In this document: positions 50,923 through 60,760 of the stretch, one piece after another
How positions within the stretch are numbered: the stretch's first letter is position 1
Layout: each line of letters starts with the position of its first letter
DNA from: Spirochaetota bacterium
GTDB taxonomy: Bacteria > Spirochaetota > UBA4802 > JAKQUI01
DNA length: 64,000 bases
Assembly: GCA_029562645.1 (NCBI GenBank)
Contig: JAKQUI010000005.1
Span: 7,961 to 71,960 of the forward strand
Direction of reading: 5' to 3'
The notes under the pieces: model-generated
What the model saw: only the letters and a program-made list of their open reading frames with translations
What the model was told of the DNA's origin: nothing
The model's database searches: none
Translations under genes and position numbers: made by a program

Positions 50923-51791
50923 TTCTTGTCGAGGCCCAGTAAGAGGGTGATAAGGTCCGGGTTCAGGTTGAGGTTGCCGATCTTCGCGCCGCTCTCACCG
51001 AGGGACTTCATTCCCAGGGCGACGAGGAGCTTCGGATCGAGATTGCGATACGGCGACCACTCGAGTTCCATGGCCTTTGATTTGTACTCGGCCTCCTTTA
51101 TCCTGTTGGCCCCGCTCTGCTCCACGAGTTCCTGGCGCCGTTTCTCCAGCTCGATCTCCGAGTTGAGCTCGTTCTGCTTGATGATGCGTTCCTGTTCCAC
51201 CGCTGAGGCGCGTCGGGAGTAGATCGCCTCGTCGGCCTTCTTCTGGAGCATCTCGCGGTATTCCGCCTCCAGGGCCTTGGCGATTTCCGGGATCGGAGTC
51301 ACCGCCGTGAAATAGATGCTCTCGACGGAGACCCCCATGGCGTTGATACGCGCATCGGTTTTAAGCTTTTCCATTACACCGTGCGCCATGGCCTGGGAGC
51401 TTCCGAGAGCGTCCTCGAGGGCCAGCCCCTGGATCTGTTCACGCGTGAGCATCTGCACTGCGTTGATGATCCGCTGGGCGAGCTTATCCGGGTCTTCGGA
51501 CCGATAGGCGCGGGTGACGGGATTGATGGAAAAATCGAGATTCGCGAATATTTTACCCTTGTCCTGGATGCGATAGGTGATCTGTCCCTGTATGGACACG
51601 GCCTGGAAGGTTTTCGTCACCTCGTTGAAGATGAAATCCACATCCCGTGTCGTGGCGGGAATTGACACGATGGTGTTTCTTTTCGCCCAGTAAAAAAAAC
51701 TGATACCCTGCCCTTCCTTGCGTATGCGTCCCCTTCCGAACTTGATGATGTACTCGCTCGGCTGTCCCGTGAAATACTTAATGAAAAACAT
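50919..51791 (-). CDS. SPFH/band-7 domain protein
   Basis: Start at MFFIKYF. SPFH core followed by a long coiled-coil (EAEYREMLQKKADEAIYSRRASAVEQERIIKQNELNSEIELEKRRQ). Confidence 0.7.
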   Translation of the reverse strand: MFFIKYFTGQPSEYIIKFGRGRIRKEGQGISFFYWAKRNTIVSIPATTRDVDFIFNEVTKTFQAVSIQGQITYRIQDKGKIFANLDFSINPVTRAYRSEDPDKLAQRIINAVQMLTREQIQGLALEDALGSSQAMAHGVMEKLKTDARINAMGVSVESIYFTAVTPIPEIAKALEAEYREMLQKKADEAIYSRRASAVEQERIIKQNELNSEIELEKRRQELVEQSGANRIKEAEYKSKAMELEWSPYRNLDPKLLVALGMKSLGESGAKIGNLNLNPDLITLLLGLDKK

Positions 51792-51887
51792 AGGGCCTCC
51801 CGTTGATGGATCTGATCCGACCCTACCGTAAAGATCCACGAGTGTCACGTACAATTTGCCATGCTCGAAATACTTAGAATCAACGGC

Positions 51888-53264
51888 TCACTTTTTGACT
51901 CGTCCACGAAGCGTCCGGTACTTCTTCCCCCGCAGCTTCGACAGCAGGTGCAGCAGATCGGTCTTGATGCGCGTCCAGTATTCCACATAGCCGAGCCAGG
52001 GTGTTCTTCCCAGCGACGTGCGAATCGGGAAGGTAATGAGCGCATTGATGTAATCCGGCGGACAGCCGCGATAGAACACGCCGTACTTCCGATAGCGCTC
52101 AACGCAATCGCCGTACACGAGCGTTTTCCGCTTTTTCAGCTTTTTTAGCGTCGCTTCCGGGATATCGAGGTTCTTTCCCATGATGATGGTGTATTCTCCC
52201 AGCGATTCCCAGCCGCGGTTGAGCCCGTACCCGTCAAGGAGGGCGCGCACGAAGGGCAGGCAGCCGGACGCGCAGCACTCGCCTTGATGGCAGGTGATGT
52301 TCGATGAGAGATGCGCAAGCTCCATGCTTGGCCGCGTGAAGACGTGCCGTCGCTCATTGAGGAGCTTGGCGTTCTCAACACGAACCGTTTTAAGATCGAT
52401 GGGGCCAAAGCCGCGCTCATGCAGCAGCATGAGGTGCTTCACCTCGCGCGGATCGTACCCCATGAGGTTGCAGCAGACCGTGTCCACCGACGGACCATTG
52501 TTCCCGAAGAGAATCAGGTTCATCGGATAGGGCGTGGCCTCCATGGGGCCTTGCGCCTCGCCGGCGAACACGGCATCGGTGATCACGTAGTCGGGCGGCC
52601 GCACCTGGAAGATGTCGGCGATCATCGCGTGGAGGTTCTCGTTGTGATACCGCAGGCGCGTCTCCTTGGTGATGAGGCCCATGCCGTTCTTCACCGAGAG
52701 GGTGATGTCGGCGAAGATGTTCACCTTGAGCTTCGGCAGCGAGATGTACACGTCCACGTCACGGACGATCTTCGGGTAGTCGAGCCTGATCTCAGGGCAG
52801 AAGGGATCGTCAGGCGTGATCCATTCCTTGTAAACCTCATCGAGATAGCAACACACGACGTTCTTCCGAATAGATTCGGGTAGGGCTTTTAGCGCTTTCT
52901 GCATATCGACGATATCGAACGAATAGCGCGCCGTGGCGAAGGTCTCGGCGTCGCCGATATACACGACCGAGGCGCCCCGCTCCACCAGCGCCTGCGCGAC
53001 GCCCGCAATGAAGGCGGGGTTCGTGATGATGTGCTTCACCCGCTCGGGATCGCGCACCGGAAAGACGAACGACACCTTCAGGAACACGGACTTGCCGGCG
53101 ACCGAAACCGATTCGCGGTCCATCACCGCTTTGATCTTCGCGGCGATCGCGAAGGTATCGTATCCGTCCTGCGCGATGAGGTGAACCCAATGCGGCAACC
53201 GTTTCGATGCGGCCGATGACCGGTTTCGCTTCTTCGGTTTTAATGGCGCTTTGGTTTTCATCAT
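51888..53264 (-). CDS. DUF362 domain protein
   Basis: ISLPKLKVNIFADITLSVKNGMG matches the DUF362 hallmark (i.lPklKtH...g.T.alKN..G). A basic N-terminal tail. Several Cys pairs (CHQGECCASGC). Confidence 0.5.
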   Translation of the reverse strand: MMKTKAPLKPKKRNRSSAASKRLPHWVHLIAQDGYDTFAIAAKIKAVMDRESVSVAGKSVFLKVSFVFPVRDPERVKHIITNPAFIAGVAQALVERGASVVYIGDAETFATARYSFDIVDMQKALKALPESIRKNVVCCYLDEVYKEWITPDDPFCPEIRLDYPKIVRDVDVYISLPKLKVNIFADITLSVKNGMGLITKETRLRYHNENLHAMIADIFQVRPPDYVITDAVFAGEAQGPMEATPYPMNLILFGNNGPSVDTVCCNLMGYDPREVKHLMLLHERGFGPIDLKTVRVENAKLLNERRHVFTRPSMELAHLSSNITCHQGECCASGCLPFVRALLDGYGLNRGWESLGEYTIIMGKNLDIPEATLKKLKKRKTLVYGDCVERYRKYGVFYRGCPPDYINALITFPIRTSLGRTPWLGYVEYWTRIKTDLLHLLSKLRGKKYRTLRGRVKK

Positions 53265-53450
53265 CCCTCTTAATAATCAATTGAATGATGCGCAATTGTG
53301 TACATCAACATCCACAGAACGTTCCGATGTGCACGAAACGGTTTTCGTCGCATATCGGAAGAATCGGGATTGCCAGATGCGCATACGCGTGGTACCTGTT
53401 TGATGAACCCAATGCCGGGGAAACGTTTTTGTCAACCGCAATGCGCCATC

Positions 53451-53954
53451 ATGAAAACGGCCCTCTGTGACGCCTCGTCGCTCATCATCCTGTACAAGGC
53501 CGGGCTAGTGCGCGCATTCGTCGTGCGCTATCGCGTCGTCGTCCCGGCATCGGTTTTCGAGGAACTGGTCATCAAAGGGAAAACCGGCGCGGAGCGATTC
53601 CGGGCATACTGCGCAGAGGGCAGCATCACCGTCGAGGACGGCCTGTCGTTTGCGGATGTGCAGATCCCGCTTCGCGGCGGCGAGGCCGAATGCGTGCGGC
53701 TCTACCGCGCCGGCCGGGGCGATTTCATTCTCACGGACGACGGCAAAGCGGCAGATTACTGCCGGGCGAGCGGCATTCCCTTCATCAACGCGCTGCTGGT
53801 GCCAAAGCTGCTGCTCCATGCCGGAATTCTTACAGAGGTGACGTGCGCGGACGCGATGCAGCGGGTGCGACGATTCGGACGATATGCGCGCTGGGTGGTC
53901 GACTATGCGGAGCGTGCCGGGTTGGACGAGTTGTGTGCCTTCATGACGGAGTAG
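53451..53954 (+). CDS. PIN-like (DUF3368-like) putative nucleic-acid-binding protein
   Basis: MKTALCDASSLIIL...VVPASVFEEL resembles the DUF3368 pattern (ilDtS.li.L...l..l....ViP..V..El). No upstream partner ORF was found. Confidence 0.35.
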   Translation: MKTALCDASSLIILYKAGLVRAFVVRYRVVVPASVFEELVIKGKTGAERFRAYCAEGSITVEDGLSFADVQIPLRGGEAECVRLYRAGRGDFILTDDGKAADYCRASGIPFINALLVPKLLLHAGILTEVTCADAMQRVRRFGRYARWVVDYAERAGLDELCAFMTE

Positions 53955-54161
53955 AAAAAATTGGAACTTTTACATCAATAGATAGAAGCTTGCGGTGGTA
54001 TACAAATAGTATTCAACGCACACGAGAATACATAGGATATCACAGAATTTGACGTCATGGGATGATTGGCGTCGCTTCCACTGGAGAGACCGTGGGGGCA
54101 TTCGCTGGTTGCGTTCATCAATGCAATGGGTGTACGCGAATCCGAGAAGCGCGTCTCGATG

Positions 54162-55052
54162 CTATGCGAGTAGGTGTTTCGCGAGAAAATTCGCCTCGAT
54201 GGCGACGACCTTCTCGAAGAGATCGCCCACGTAGACCTCGAAGTGACCGGCATCCAACTCGACGGATTGCGCGTTCGAAACCCGCGCGACTGTTGTGCGG
54301 ACGGCTTTCGCAGGGATGAGCGAATCGCGTTCGGCAATGATGAACAGGGCCGGGCAGGGAATTTTTTTAGCGTACCGTATCGGCCGGTACTGTACCAGGG
54401 TGAGGCAGATCCGGGCCGGACATTCATTGGTAAACGGAGCGCCCTCTGGAACGATGGCCAGGACCCCTTCCCGGCAATCGGGCGCGTTGAGGGCCCCGAA
54501 AACGCCGAGCGTCGCGTCGCCGACGATCGGAATCAGGTGCGGCCTCCGGAATGTGATCATACGAACAAGATCCCGCAGACCGTGGATGAAGCCGGCGATG
54601 ACCGAGCGCAGCGGGATCAGCGAGATGCTCGCAATGCCGTCGACGAATGGAACCTGTGACACGATCGCCCGGATTCCGGGAACCCGGGCCGCGGTCACGA
54701 TGACGTGTCCGCCGCTGAAAGAGGTCCCCCAAAGGGCCATACGTCCCCCGTCAACATTTGGGAGAGTACGCACATGCGCAATCGCGGCACGCCAGTCCTG
54801 GAGATGGCGCCGTGGGCTGATCCAGTTGCGCGGCTCCCCTTCGCTGTCGCCAAAATTTCGGTACTCGAACAGGTAAACCGCAAGCCCCTGCTGCACAAAA
54901 CGCTCCGCGAAGGCCGGGAGTCGGTAATTACGCAGACCTCCAAAACCGTGCGCCATGACGACTACCGGCGGTTTCTTTGCGGTATCGGGGAGGAAAAGCC
55001 ATCCCTCACAGCGAAGACCGCGGTTCATAAAAGGTGAATCAGTCACTATCAT
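54162..55052 (-). CDS. alpha/beta-fold hydrolase
   Basis: HGFGG oxyanion region. Nucleophile elbow GTSFSGG. About 296 aa. Confidence 0.7.
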   Translation of the reverse strand: MIVTDSPFMNRGLRCEGWLFLPDTAKKPPVVVMAHGFGGLRNYRLPAFAERFVQQGLAVYLFEYRNFGDSEGEPRNWISPRRHLQDWRAAIAHVRTLPNVDGGRMALWGTSFSGGHVIVTAARVPGIRAIVSQVPFVDGIASISLIPLRSVIAGFIHGLRDLVRMITFRRPHLIPIVGDATLGVFGALNAPDCREGVLAIVPEGAPFTNECPARICLTLVQYRPIRYAKKIPCPALFIIAERDSLIPAKAVRTTVARVSNAQSVELDAGHFEVYVGDLFEKVVAIEANFLAKHLLA

Positions 55053-55130
55053 GGGGATTGGGTTCCCTTCGGCACGAGGCCGTCCTCACTGGAATCACCG
55101 AAGCGATCACGACACGCCGACCGCGCGATC

Positions 55131-57383
55131 CTACACGTATGTCAGCGTTTTCCCGTTGATCTTGCGGACCACGTCGCTGGTGATGTCGCTGATGCCGTTG
55201 CAGCCGGTCAGGATCATCGCCTGCTCGAGATCGCGGCGCAGGCCGTTCAGGTAGTACGACACCGCGGCCGCGCCCATGCCGACGGCCGCGATGGCGATCG
55301 GACGGCCGATGAGGACCGCGTCGGCCCCGAGCGCGAGCGCCTTGAGGATGTCCACGCCGGTGCGAAATCCGCCGTCGATGATGATCTTGATGTGTCCCTT
55401 CACCGCCGCCGCGATCTCCTCGAGCACGTCCATGGAGCCCACCATCTCGTCGAGCACGCGCCCGCCGTGGTTGGAGATCACGATACCGTGCGCGCCCACC
55501 TCGACCGCCATCACCGCGTCGCGGACGTTCATGATGCCCTTGAGAATGAACGGGTATTCGGTCATGCTGATGAGCGCCTTGAGGTCGTCGAAGCTCTTGG
55601 GGCCCACGGGTTGGTTCTTCAGCGCCATGGTCTTGAAGACCACCGCGTCGATGTCCATGCCCATCGCCACCGAGTGGACTTTTTCGGCCGCACGGAGCCG
55701 CTTGATGAGCTCGCGGTTGTCGCTGCGCGGCTTGAAGATGGGCACGCCCATCCCGTCGGCCTCGCCGATCGCCTGCAGCCCGATCTTGTACTTGTTCGGC
55801 GTGGCCCCGTCGCCCACGAAGGCGATGGTGCCCGCCTGCAGGCAGCCGTCGATCACGGCGCGGTTATAGTCGAGCTCGTCCATCGCGCCGCCCATGTTGG
55901 TCATGGTGCCGGTGATAGGCGCCGCCATGACGGGAAACGAGAGATTGATCCCGAAAAAGCTCGTCGAGGTGTCCGGCGCGGTCACGCCGTGGATAAGGCG
56001 CGTGTTGATCTTGTAGTTGCGCAGCGACTCGACATTGCGGCGGAACGAGGCGCCCGTCCCCGCGCCGCCCATGCCGGGAACACCGGAGGGGCAGTCCTTG
56101 CCGTCGCAATTCTTGCACACATAGCAGGTTTTTTTAAGCTTTTCGCGCGCGGCGATGTTGATCGTCTCCTGCGAGAGCTCGGTCGCCTCGAAGAGCTCGA
56201 TGGAAAGCACCTCCCGGCAGCGCGCGACGGCCGCCTCGGCCTCGGCGAGCGTGTTCCCCACGGCGATGATGTGCCCCGCCTTCTCCACGTTCGAGCGCGG
56301 GATGACGATCTTGTCGCCCGGCTGCACGTTCATGAAGATTTCTTCGATCCCCGGAATTTGCAGCGCCTCCTCGAGGCCCGTGATGCTCTTCACGATCCCC
56401 GGCGTGGTGATGATGGCGCGCTCGATTGACACGCGGTTCATCACCGGATCGAGGTTCCCGGGCTCCTGCCCGAGGGCGATCTCCACGGCCGCGCGCATGA
56501 GGTCCACGCCCGTGGCCAGCGGATAGGTGTATGCCGACATGAAGCCGCCCGAGAGGCGCGCCGCGAGCTCGCCGATCTTGGGACCGCATTTGGTGATCTT
56601 GATATCGCCCTTCGCAAAGCCGTGCGTGATCCCCAGCGCCCGGATGCCCTTGCGCATGGCCTCGCAGGCATTCTCCTGGATCTCCGCCGGCAGGTGCGAC
56701 GGCATGGTGTGTCCGGTCTCGACGAAGTACGGCGGGTACTCGATGATCCGGTCGGCGACGCCCGTGATGGTGATCTCGCCGTTGAAGACGACCGCGTCGA
56801 TCGAAAGCTCCGGGCCCTCCATGTATTCCTCGATGAGGAGTTCGCCGCTGGGCGAGGCGCTCTTGGCGAACTGGAAGGCGTCGGCGATTTCGTTCTTGGT
56901 GCCGATCCGCGTCACGCCGCGCGCGCCCATGTTGTCCGACGGCTTGATGACGACCGGAAATCCGAGCTTATTGCAGGCCTTCTTCGCGTCGGCGATCGAC
57001 CACACCGGGTAGAAGCGCGGGCAGAGCACCCCGTGCTCGTGGAAGCGCTTGCGCATCTTGATCTTGTTGGTCGCCGCCTCGGCGTCCTCGAACTTGATGC
57101 CGGGCAGATTGAGCGCGTTCGCCACCGCAGCGACGGTCATGGAGGCGTCGGTGCCCACGGTCAGTACGCCGTGTATGGGGGTGATGTTGTTCTGCGCCTT
57201 TGCCACGCGCACCGAGCCCTCGATGTCGCGGGTGCTCATCACGATTGGAATGTCGGCGTGCCGCATGCCGATGGCGTTCGGGTTGTAGTCGGTCACGATG
57301 ACCTGCAGGCCCATCTTCTTGGCGGTCTGGATGACCGGGTCCTGCAGGAGGCCCCCGCCGATGATCATGATCGTTTTTTTCAT
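55131..57383 (-). CDS. fusion protein: N-terminal ATP-grasp ligase domain, ferredoxin-like Cys motif, C-terminal FMN-dependent alpha-hydroxy-acid oxidase/dehydrogenase domain
   Basis: ATP-grasp over 1-400 (IIGGG...VVIKPSDNMGARGV...EEYMEGPELSIDAV). Linker CYVCKNCDGKDCP. C-terminal HAOx signatures RRNVESL, SNHGGRVLD, IDGGFRTGVDILKALALGADAVLIGRP. Confidence 0.7.
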   Translation of the reverse strand: MKKTIMIIGGGLLQDPVIQTAKKMGLQVIVTDYNPNAIGMRHADIPIVMSTRDIEGSVRVAKAQNNITPIHGVLTVGTDASMTVAAVANALNLPGIKFEDAEAATNKIKMRKRFHEHGVLCPRFYPVWSIADAKKACNKLGFPVVIKPSDNMGARGVTRIGTKNEIADAFQFAKSASPSGELLIEEYMEGPELSIDAVVFNGEITITGVADRIIEYPPYFVETGHTMPSHLPAEIQENACEAMRKGIRALGITHGFAKGDIKITKCGPKIGELAARLSGGFMSAYTYPLATGVDLMRAAVEIALGQEPGNLDPVMNRVSIERAIITTPGIVKSITGLEEALQIPGIEEIFMNVQPGDKIVIPRSNVEKAGHIIAVGNTLAEAEAAVARCREVLSIELFEATELSQETINIAAREKLKKTCYVCKNCDGKDCPSGVPGMGGAGTGASFRRNVESLRNYKINTRLIHGVTAPDTSTSFFGINLSFPVMAAPITGTMTNMGGAMDELDYNRAVIDGCLQAGTIAFVGDGATPNKYKIGLQAIGEADGMGVPIFKPRSDNRELIKRLRAAEKVHSVAMGMDIDAVVFKTMALKNQPVGPKSFDDLKALISMTEYPFILKGIMNVRDAVMAVEVGAHGIVISNHGGRVLDEMVGSMDVLEEIAAAVKGHIKIIIDGGFRTGVDILKALALGADAVLIGRPIAIAAVGMGAAAVSYYLNGLRRDLEQAMILTGCNGISDITSDVVRKINGKTLTYV

Positions 57384-57523
57384 GGAAGCGTCCCCCGTCC
57401 GTGTCGAGAATGATACCGATGCGTGGTACTTACACTATCGACATGAAAGTGCATGATTATGTCTCATTAATGCAAATATTTTATCCGTTGACGAAAAAAA
57501 TAATCCCCCATCACCTTTCCGCC

Positions 57524-58585
57524 ATGGGACGGATGTGGGGCACACTTATCGGCCTAACGCTCGCGATGTCCGCGCTGGGCGCGCCGCTGCACGCGGAACG
57601 CACGCCTACGCTCAACGAAAAGGGCATCGAGCTGGGAAACCAGAAAAAGTACGATCAGGCGATCGAGCTCTTCGAGCAATCATTGCAGGGCCAGAACGCC
57701 GCATCGGCCATCGTGATGCACAATCTCGGATGGGTCTACGAGATGAAGGGCGACGTGAAAAACGCGATCCGCAGCTATCGCGGCGCGACGGAGCGAAATC
57801 CCCGCCAGGTCGCCTCGTGGGAGCGACTCGGGTTTCTGCTCTACAAGACGGGCGACTACCTGGCGTCAGTTCGCGCCGGCGAGGCCGCCCTCAAAATCGA
57901 GCCCGACAACCGGAACGTGATCGGCTGGCTCACCGAGGCGCGCAAGCAGATCCGCACGATGTACGAAGAGGGCACCGTGGGCCGCTTCGTCCAGGAGAAG
58001 GAGGCGCAGGAGGAACAGACGCGCCCCGGGTTCCTGTCGCGCGACATCTTTCTCAAGGCCGGGTATGTCCCCATCTACGAGGTGATGAGCGACGAACTCG
58101 AGCGCAAGAGCTTCGCCATGCGCGGCTTTGCGACCATGCTGGAAACGAACATCTTCCTCAAGTGGGTGTGGGTGGGCATCGATTTCGAATGGCAGCGCAC
58201 CGTCATCTCCGACGAGATCGGCTATTACCAGTACGACTTCCTCAATCCCGGCATCTCCATCAAGCACGTGCTCGACCGCGGCTTCTTCATGGGGATCGGC
58301 TTCTCCGGCAAGTCGCTCATCGCGGTGAACAATCCGTCGGCCAACCCCGTCAAGGCGCGCCTCGCGAGCGACCTGTGGGGGTATATAATCATGGGCTACT
58401 ACCTCCCCATCAGCACGAGCTTTGCGCTCATGTTCGAAAACCGCTTCGGGTGCAATCTCACCAACAACACCTTCCGCGAATACACGGGCACCGCCGAGCA
58501 TGTGGCCATCGGCTTTTCATACGACATGACCTTCTACCTCGGGATCGGCTGGCGCTTCTACACCGCCGACCAGCGGAAGGATTGA
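57524..58585 (+). CDS. secreted protein: N-terminal TPR repeats plus C-terminal beta-strand-rich domain
   Basis: Signal peptide MGRMWGTLIGLTLAMSALGAPLHA. 3-4 TPR repeats. The C-terminal half is rich in alternating aromatic residues and ends in ...WRFYTADQRKD. Confidence 0.5.
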   Translation: MGRMWGTLIGLTLAMSALGAPLHAERTPTLNEKGIELGNQKKYDQAIELFEQSLQGQNAASAIVMHNLGWVYEMKGDVKNAIRSYRGATERNPRQVASWERLGFLLYKTGDYLASVRAGEAALKIEPDNRNVIGWLTEARKQIRTMYEEGTVGRFVQEKEAQEEQTRPGFLSRDIFLKAGYVPIYEVMSDELERKSFAMRGFATMLETNIFLKWVWVGIDFEWQRTVISDEIGYYQYDFLNPGISIKHVLDRGFFMGIGFSGKSLIAVNNPSANPVKARLASDLWGYIIMGYYLPISTSFALMFENRFGCNLTNNTFREYTGTAEHVAIGFSYDMTFYLGIGWRFYTADQRKD

Positions 58586-58587
58586 CC

Positions 58588-59370
58588 ATGCTGTCGCACA
58601 TCGACGCCTTCGCCCGCGGGATCATCCGCGATGCCGGCGCGGTCCTCCTGCGCGGCTTCCGGGCGCCGGACCTGGTGGTGGAGTACAAGAGCCGCACCGA
58701 CCTGGTCACGAACATCGACCGCGAATCGGAGCGTCTTATCTTCGATGCGCTCCGGCGCGAGTTTCCCGGCCATGTGATCATCGCCGAGGAGGGGAGCCGG
58801 GCGGAGGAGGGCGACGACTACGTCTGGTACGTCGATCCGCTCGACGGCACCAATAATTTCGCGCACGGTATCGCCTGCTTCTGCGTGTCCATCGGCGTTT
58901 ATTCCCGTCGCGAGGGCCGCATGGCGGCCGGTTTCGTGTATGATCCCTTTCACGACGAGCTCTTTCACGCCCTGCACGGGTCGGGCTCATTTCTGAACGG
59001 CGCGCCGATCAGGGTATCGACGACCGACGCCGTCGATATCTCGATCGTCGCGACGGGATTCCCGTACAACAAGAAAGAGACGGAGAACAACAATTCCCGC
59101 GAGTTCTGTTCGGTGATGCCGGAGGTGCAGGGGGTCCGGCGCTTCGGCTCGGCGGCGCTGGACCTGTGCAGCGTGGCCTGCGGGCGCATCGACGGCTACT
59201 GGGAGCGGCAGCTCAAGCCCTGGGACTGCGCCGCGGGCGCCATCATCGCCGAGGAGGCGGGCGGACGCGTCACCCGCTATGACGGATCAAACTTCGATCC
59301 CGAATACCCCGAGGTCCTCGCCACCAACGGCCGCATCCACGAGCGGATGATGGCGCTGCTGAGAGTATAG
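58588..59370 (+). CDS. inositol monophosphatase family protein (SuhB-like)
   Basis: WYVDPLDGTNNF metal-binding motif. FPYN and WDCAAG motifs. About 260 aa. Confidence 0.8.
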   Translation: MLSHIDAFARGIIRDAGAVLLRGFRAPDLVVEYKSRTDLVTNIDRESERLIFDALRREFPGHVIIAEEGSRAEEGDDYVWYVDPLDGTNNFAHGIACFCVSIGVYSRREGRMAAGFVYDPFHDELFHALHGSGSFLNGAPIRVSTTDAVDISIVATGFPYNKKETENNNSREFCSVMPEVQGVRRFGSAALDLCSVACGRIDGYWERQLKPWDCAAGAIIAEEAGGRVTRYDGSNFDPEYPEVLATNGRIHERMMALLRV

Positions 59371-59384
59371 CCGTTCACGGTACG

Positions 59385-60227
59385 TTACAGCAATCCGTTG
59401 ATCTCCGCATTCAGCCTTTCGAGCTCGTTTACCGCCGCCTCGGCGAAGTGCATGCCGGGATGCTTCTTGTAGGCGAAGTTGATGGCGCTGGATGAATTGA
59501 TGCGGTGGATGCGCACAGACGGGCTCTTCTTGAGCGCGGCGATCACCTCGGCGACATCGCCTCCCTGTGAGCCGACGCCCGGGATCAGAAGCGGCACCTC
59601 CTTGCCGGCATGCGCGTATATGCCAAGGATCTCCGAGAGCTGGGACGGGTAGGTCGCGCCGACCACCGCGCCGATACCCGGCTGGTACCAGTCGATGATC
59701 TTCTTCGATACGAGTGCGTACACGGTGTCCTCCCCAACCCTGACGTCCTGCAGCTCGGCCGAGCTCTTGTTCGAGGTCTTGTTGAGGACATAGTACCCCT
59801 TGCCCGGAAAGCGCTTCATGAACGGCTCAATTGAATCGTAGCCGAGGAAGGGCGAAAGGGTCACCGCGTCGGCCTTGAAGAATTCGAACGATTCGCGTGC
59901 ATAGGCCTCGGCCGTCTTGCCGATGTCCCCGCGCTTGACGTCCAGAATCACCGGGAGGCCAACGGCGCGGCTGCGCTCGCACACGGAAACCAGCGCCTCG
60001 ATGCCCTCGAGGCCGTATTGCGCATAGAAGGCGTAGTTGGGCTTCACCGCGGCGGGATAGACCTTCCTCTTCTCGATGGCGTCGAGCATTTCTGCGTAGA
60101 AGGCGACAATCCGCTCCTTCACGCTCCCGGTGGTGATGGGAATGTCCTCGATGACGGGATCCATCCCGAGGCAGACGATGCTGTTGAATCGTTTCGCGGT
60201 TTCCTTGAGCAGTTCGAGATAGTTCAT
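59385..60227 (-). CDS. pyrF: orotidine 5'-phosphate decarboxylase (long form)
   Basis: ILDVKRGDIGKT (DxKxxDIxxT) active-site motif. About 280 aa. Confidence 0.8.
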   Translation of the reverse strand: MNYLELLKETAKRFNSIVCLGMDPVIEDIPITTGSVKERIVAFYAEMLDAIEKRKVYPAAVKPNYAFYAQYGLEGIEALVSVCERSRAVGLPVILDVKRGDIGKTAEAYARESFEFFKADAVTLSPFLGYDSIEPFMKRFPGKGYYVLNKTSNKSSAELQDVRVGEDTVYALVSKKIIDWYQPGIGAVVGATYPSQLSEILGIYAHAGKEVPLLIPGVGSQGGDVAEVIAALKKSPSVRIHRINSSSAINFAYKKHPGMHFAEAAVNELERLNAEINGLL

Positions 60228-60760
60228 TTTCCTAATCCATCAATATAGTTTTTATATATAGTATAATTTTCATTATCATATTGTATAAAATAAATGTCAA
60301 TGTGATAGTCGTGCGTTGCCATAAAATCGAGCACGGCGTCCACGGCAATGCGACAAGCCTCCTCACGGGGATAACCGTACACGCCGGTGGAGATTGCGGG
60401 AAAGGCGATCGACGATAGGGCGTGTTCATGTGCGAGGCGCATTGAGTTTTCATACGAATTTCGCAATACCTGCGCCTCACCGCTGGAGCCGCCGTGATAG
60501 ATCGGTCCCGGCGTGTGGATCACAAAGGGAGCCTTCAGGTTGTATCCCTTTGTGATGCGCGCCTCGCCGTGGCGGCAGCCGCCGAGCGTGCGGCACGCTT
60601 CCAGAAGCTCTGGCCCCGCGGCCCGGTGGATCGCTCCGTCGACGCCGCCGCCGCCAAGCAGGCTCGGGTTCGCGGCGTTGACGATCGCGTCGACGCTTTC
60701 TTTCGTGATGTCGCCCTTCTTGACGTGAAGGCGCGAAATGTATTTACTCCTATCGTTCAT
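60224..60760 (-). CDS. macro domain protein (ADP-ribose / O-acetyl-ADP-ribose processing, YmdB-like)
   Basis: GDITKESVDAIVNAANPSLLGGGGVDGAIHRAAG macro signature. ATGA overlap with pyrF. Confidence 0.8.
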   Translation of the reverse strand: MNDRSKYISRLHVKKGDITKESVDAIVNAANPSLLGGGGVDGAIHRAAGPELLEACRTLGGCRHGEARITKGYNLKAPFVIHTPGPIYHGGSSGEAQVLRNSYENSMRLAHEHALSSIAFPAISTGVYGYPREEACRIAVDAVLDFMATHDYHIDIYFIQYDNENYTIYKNYIDGLGK

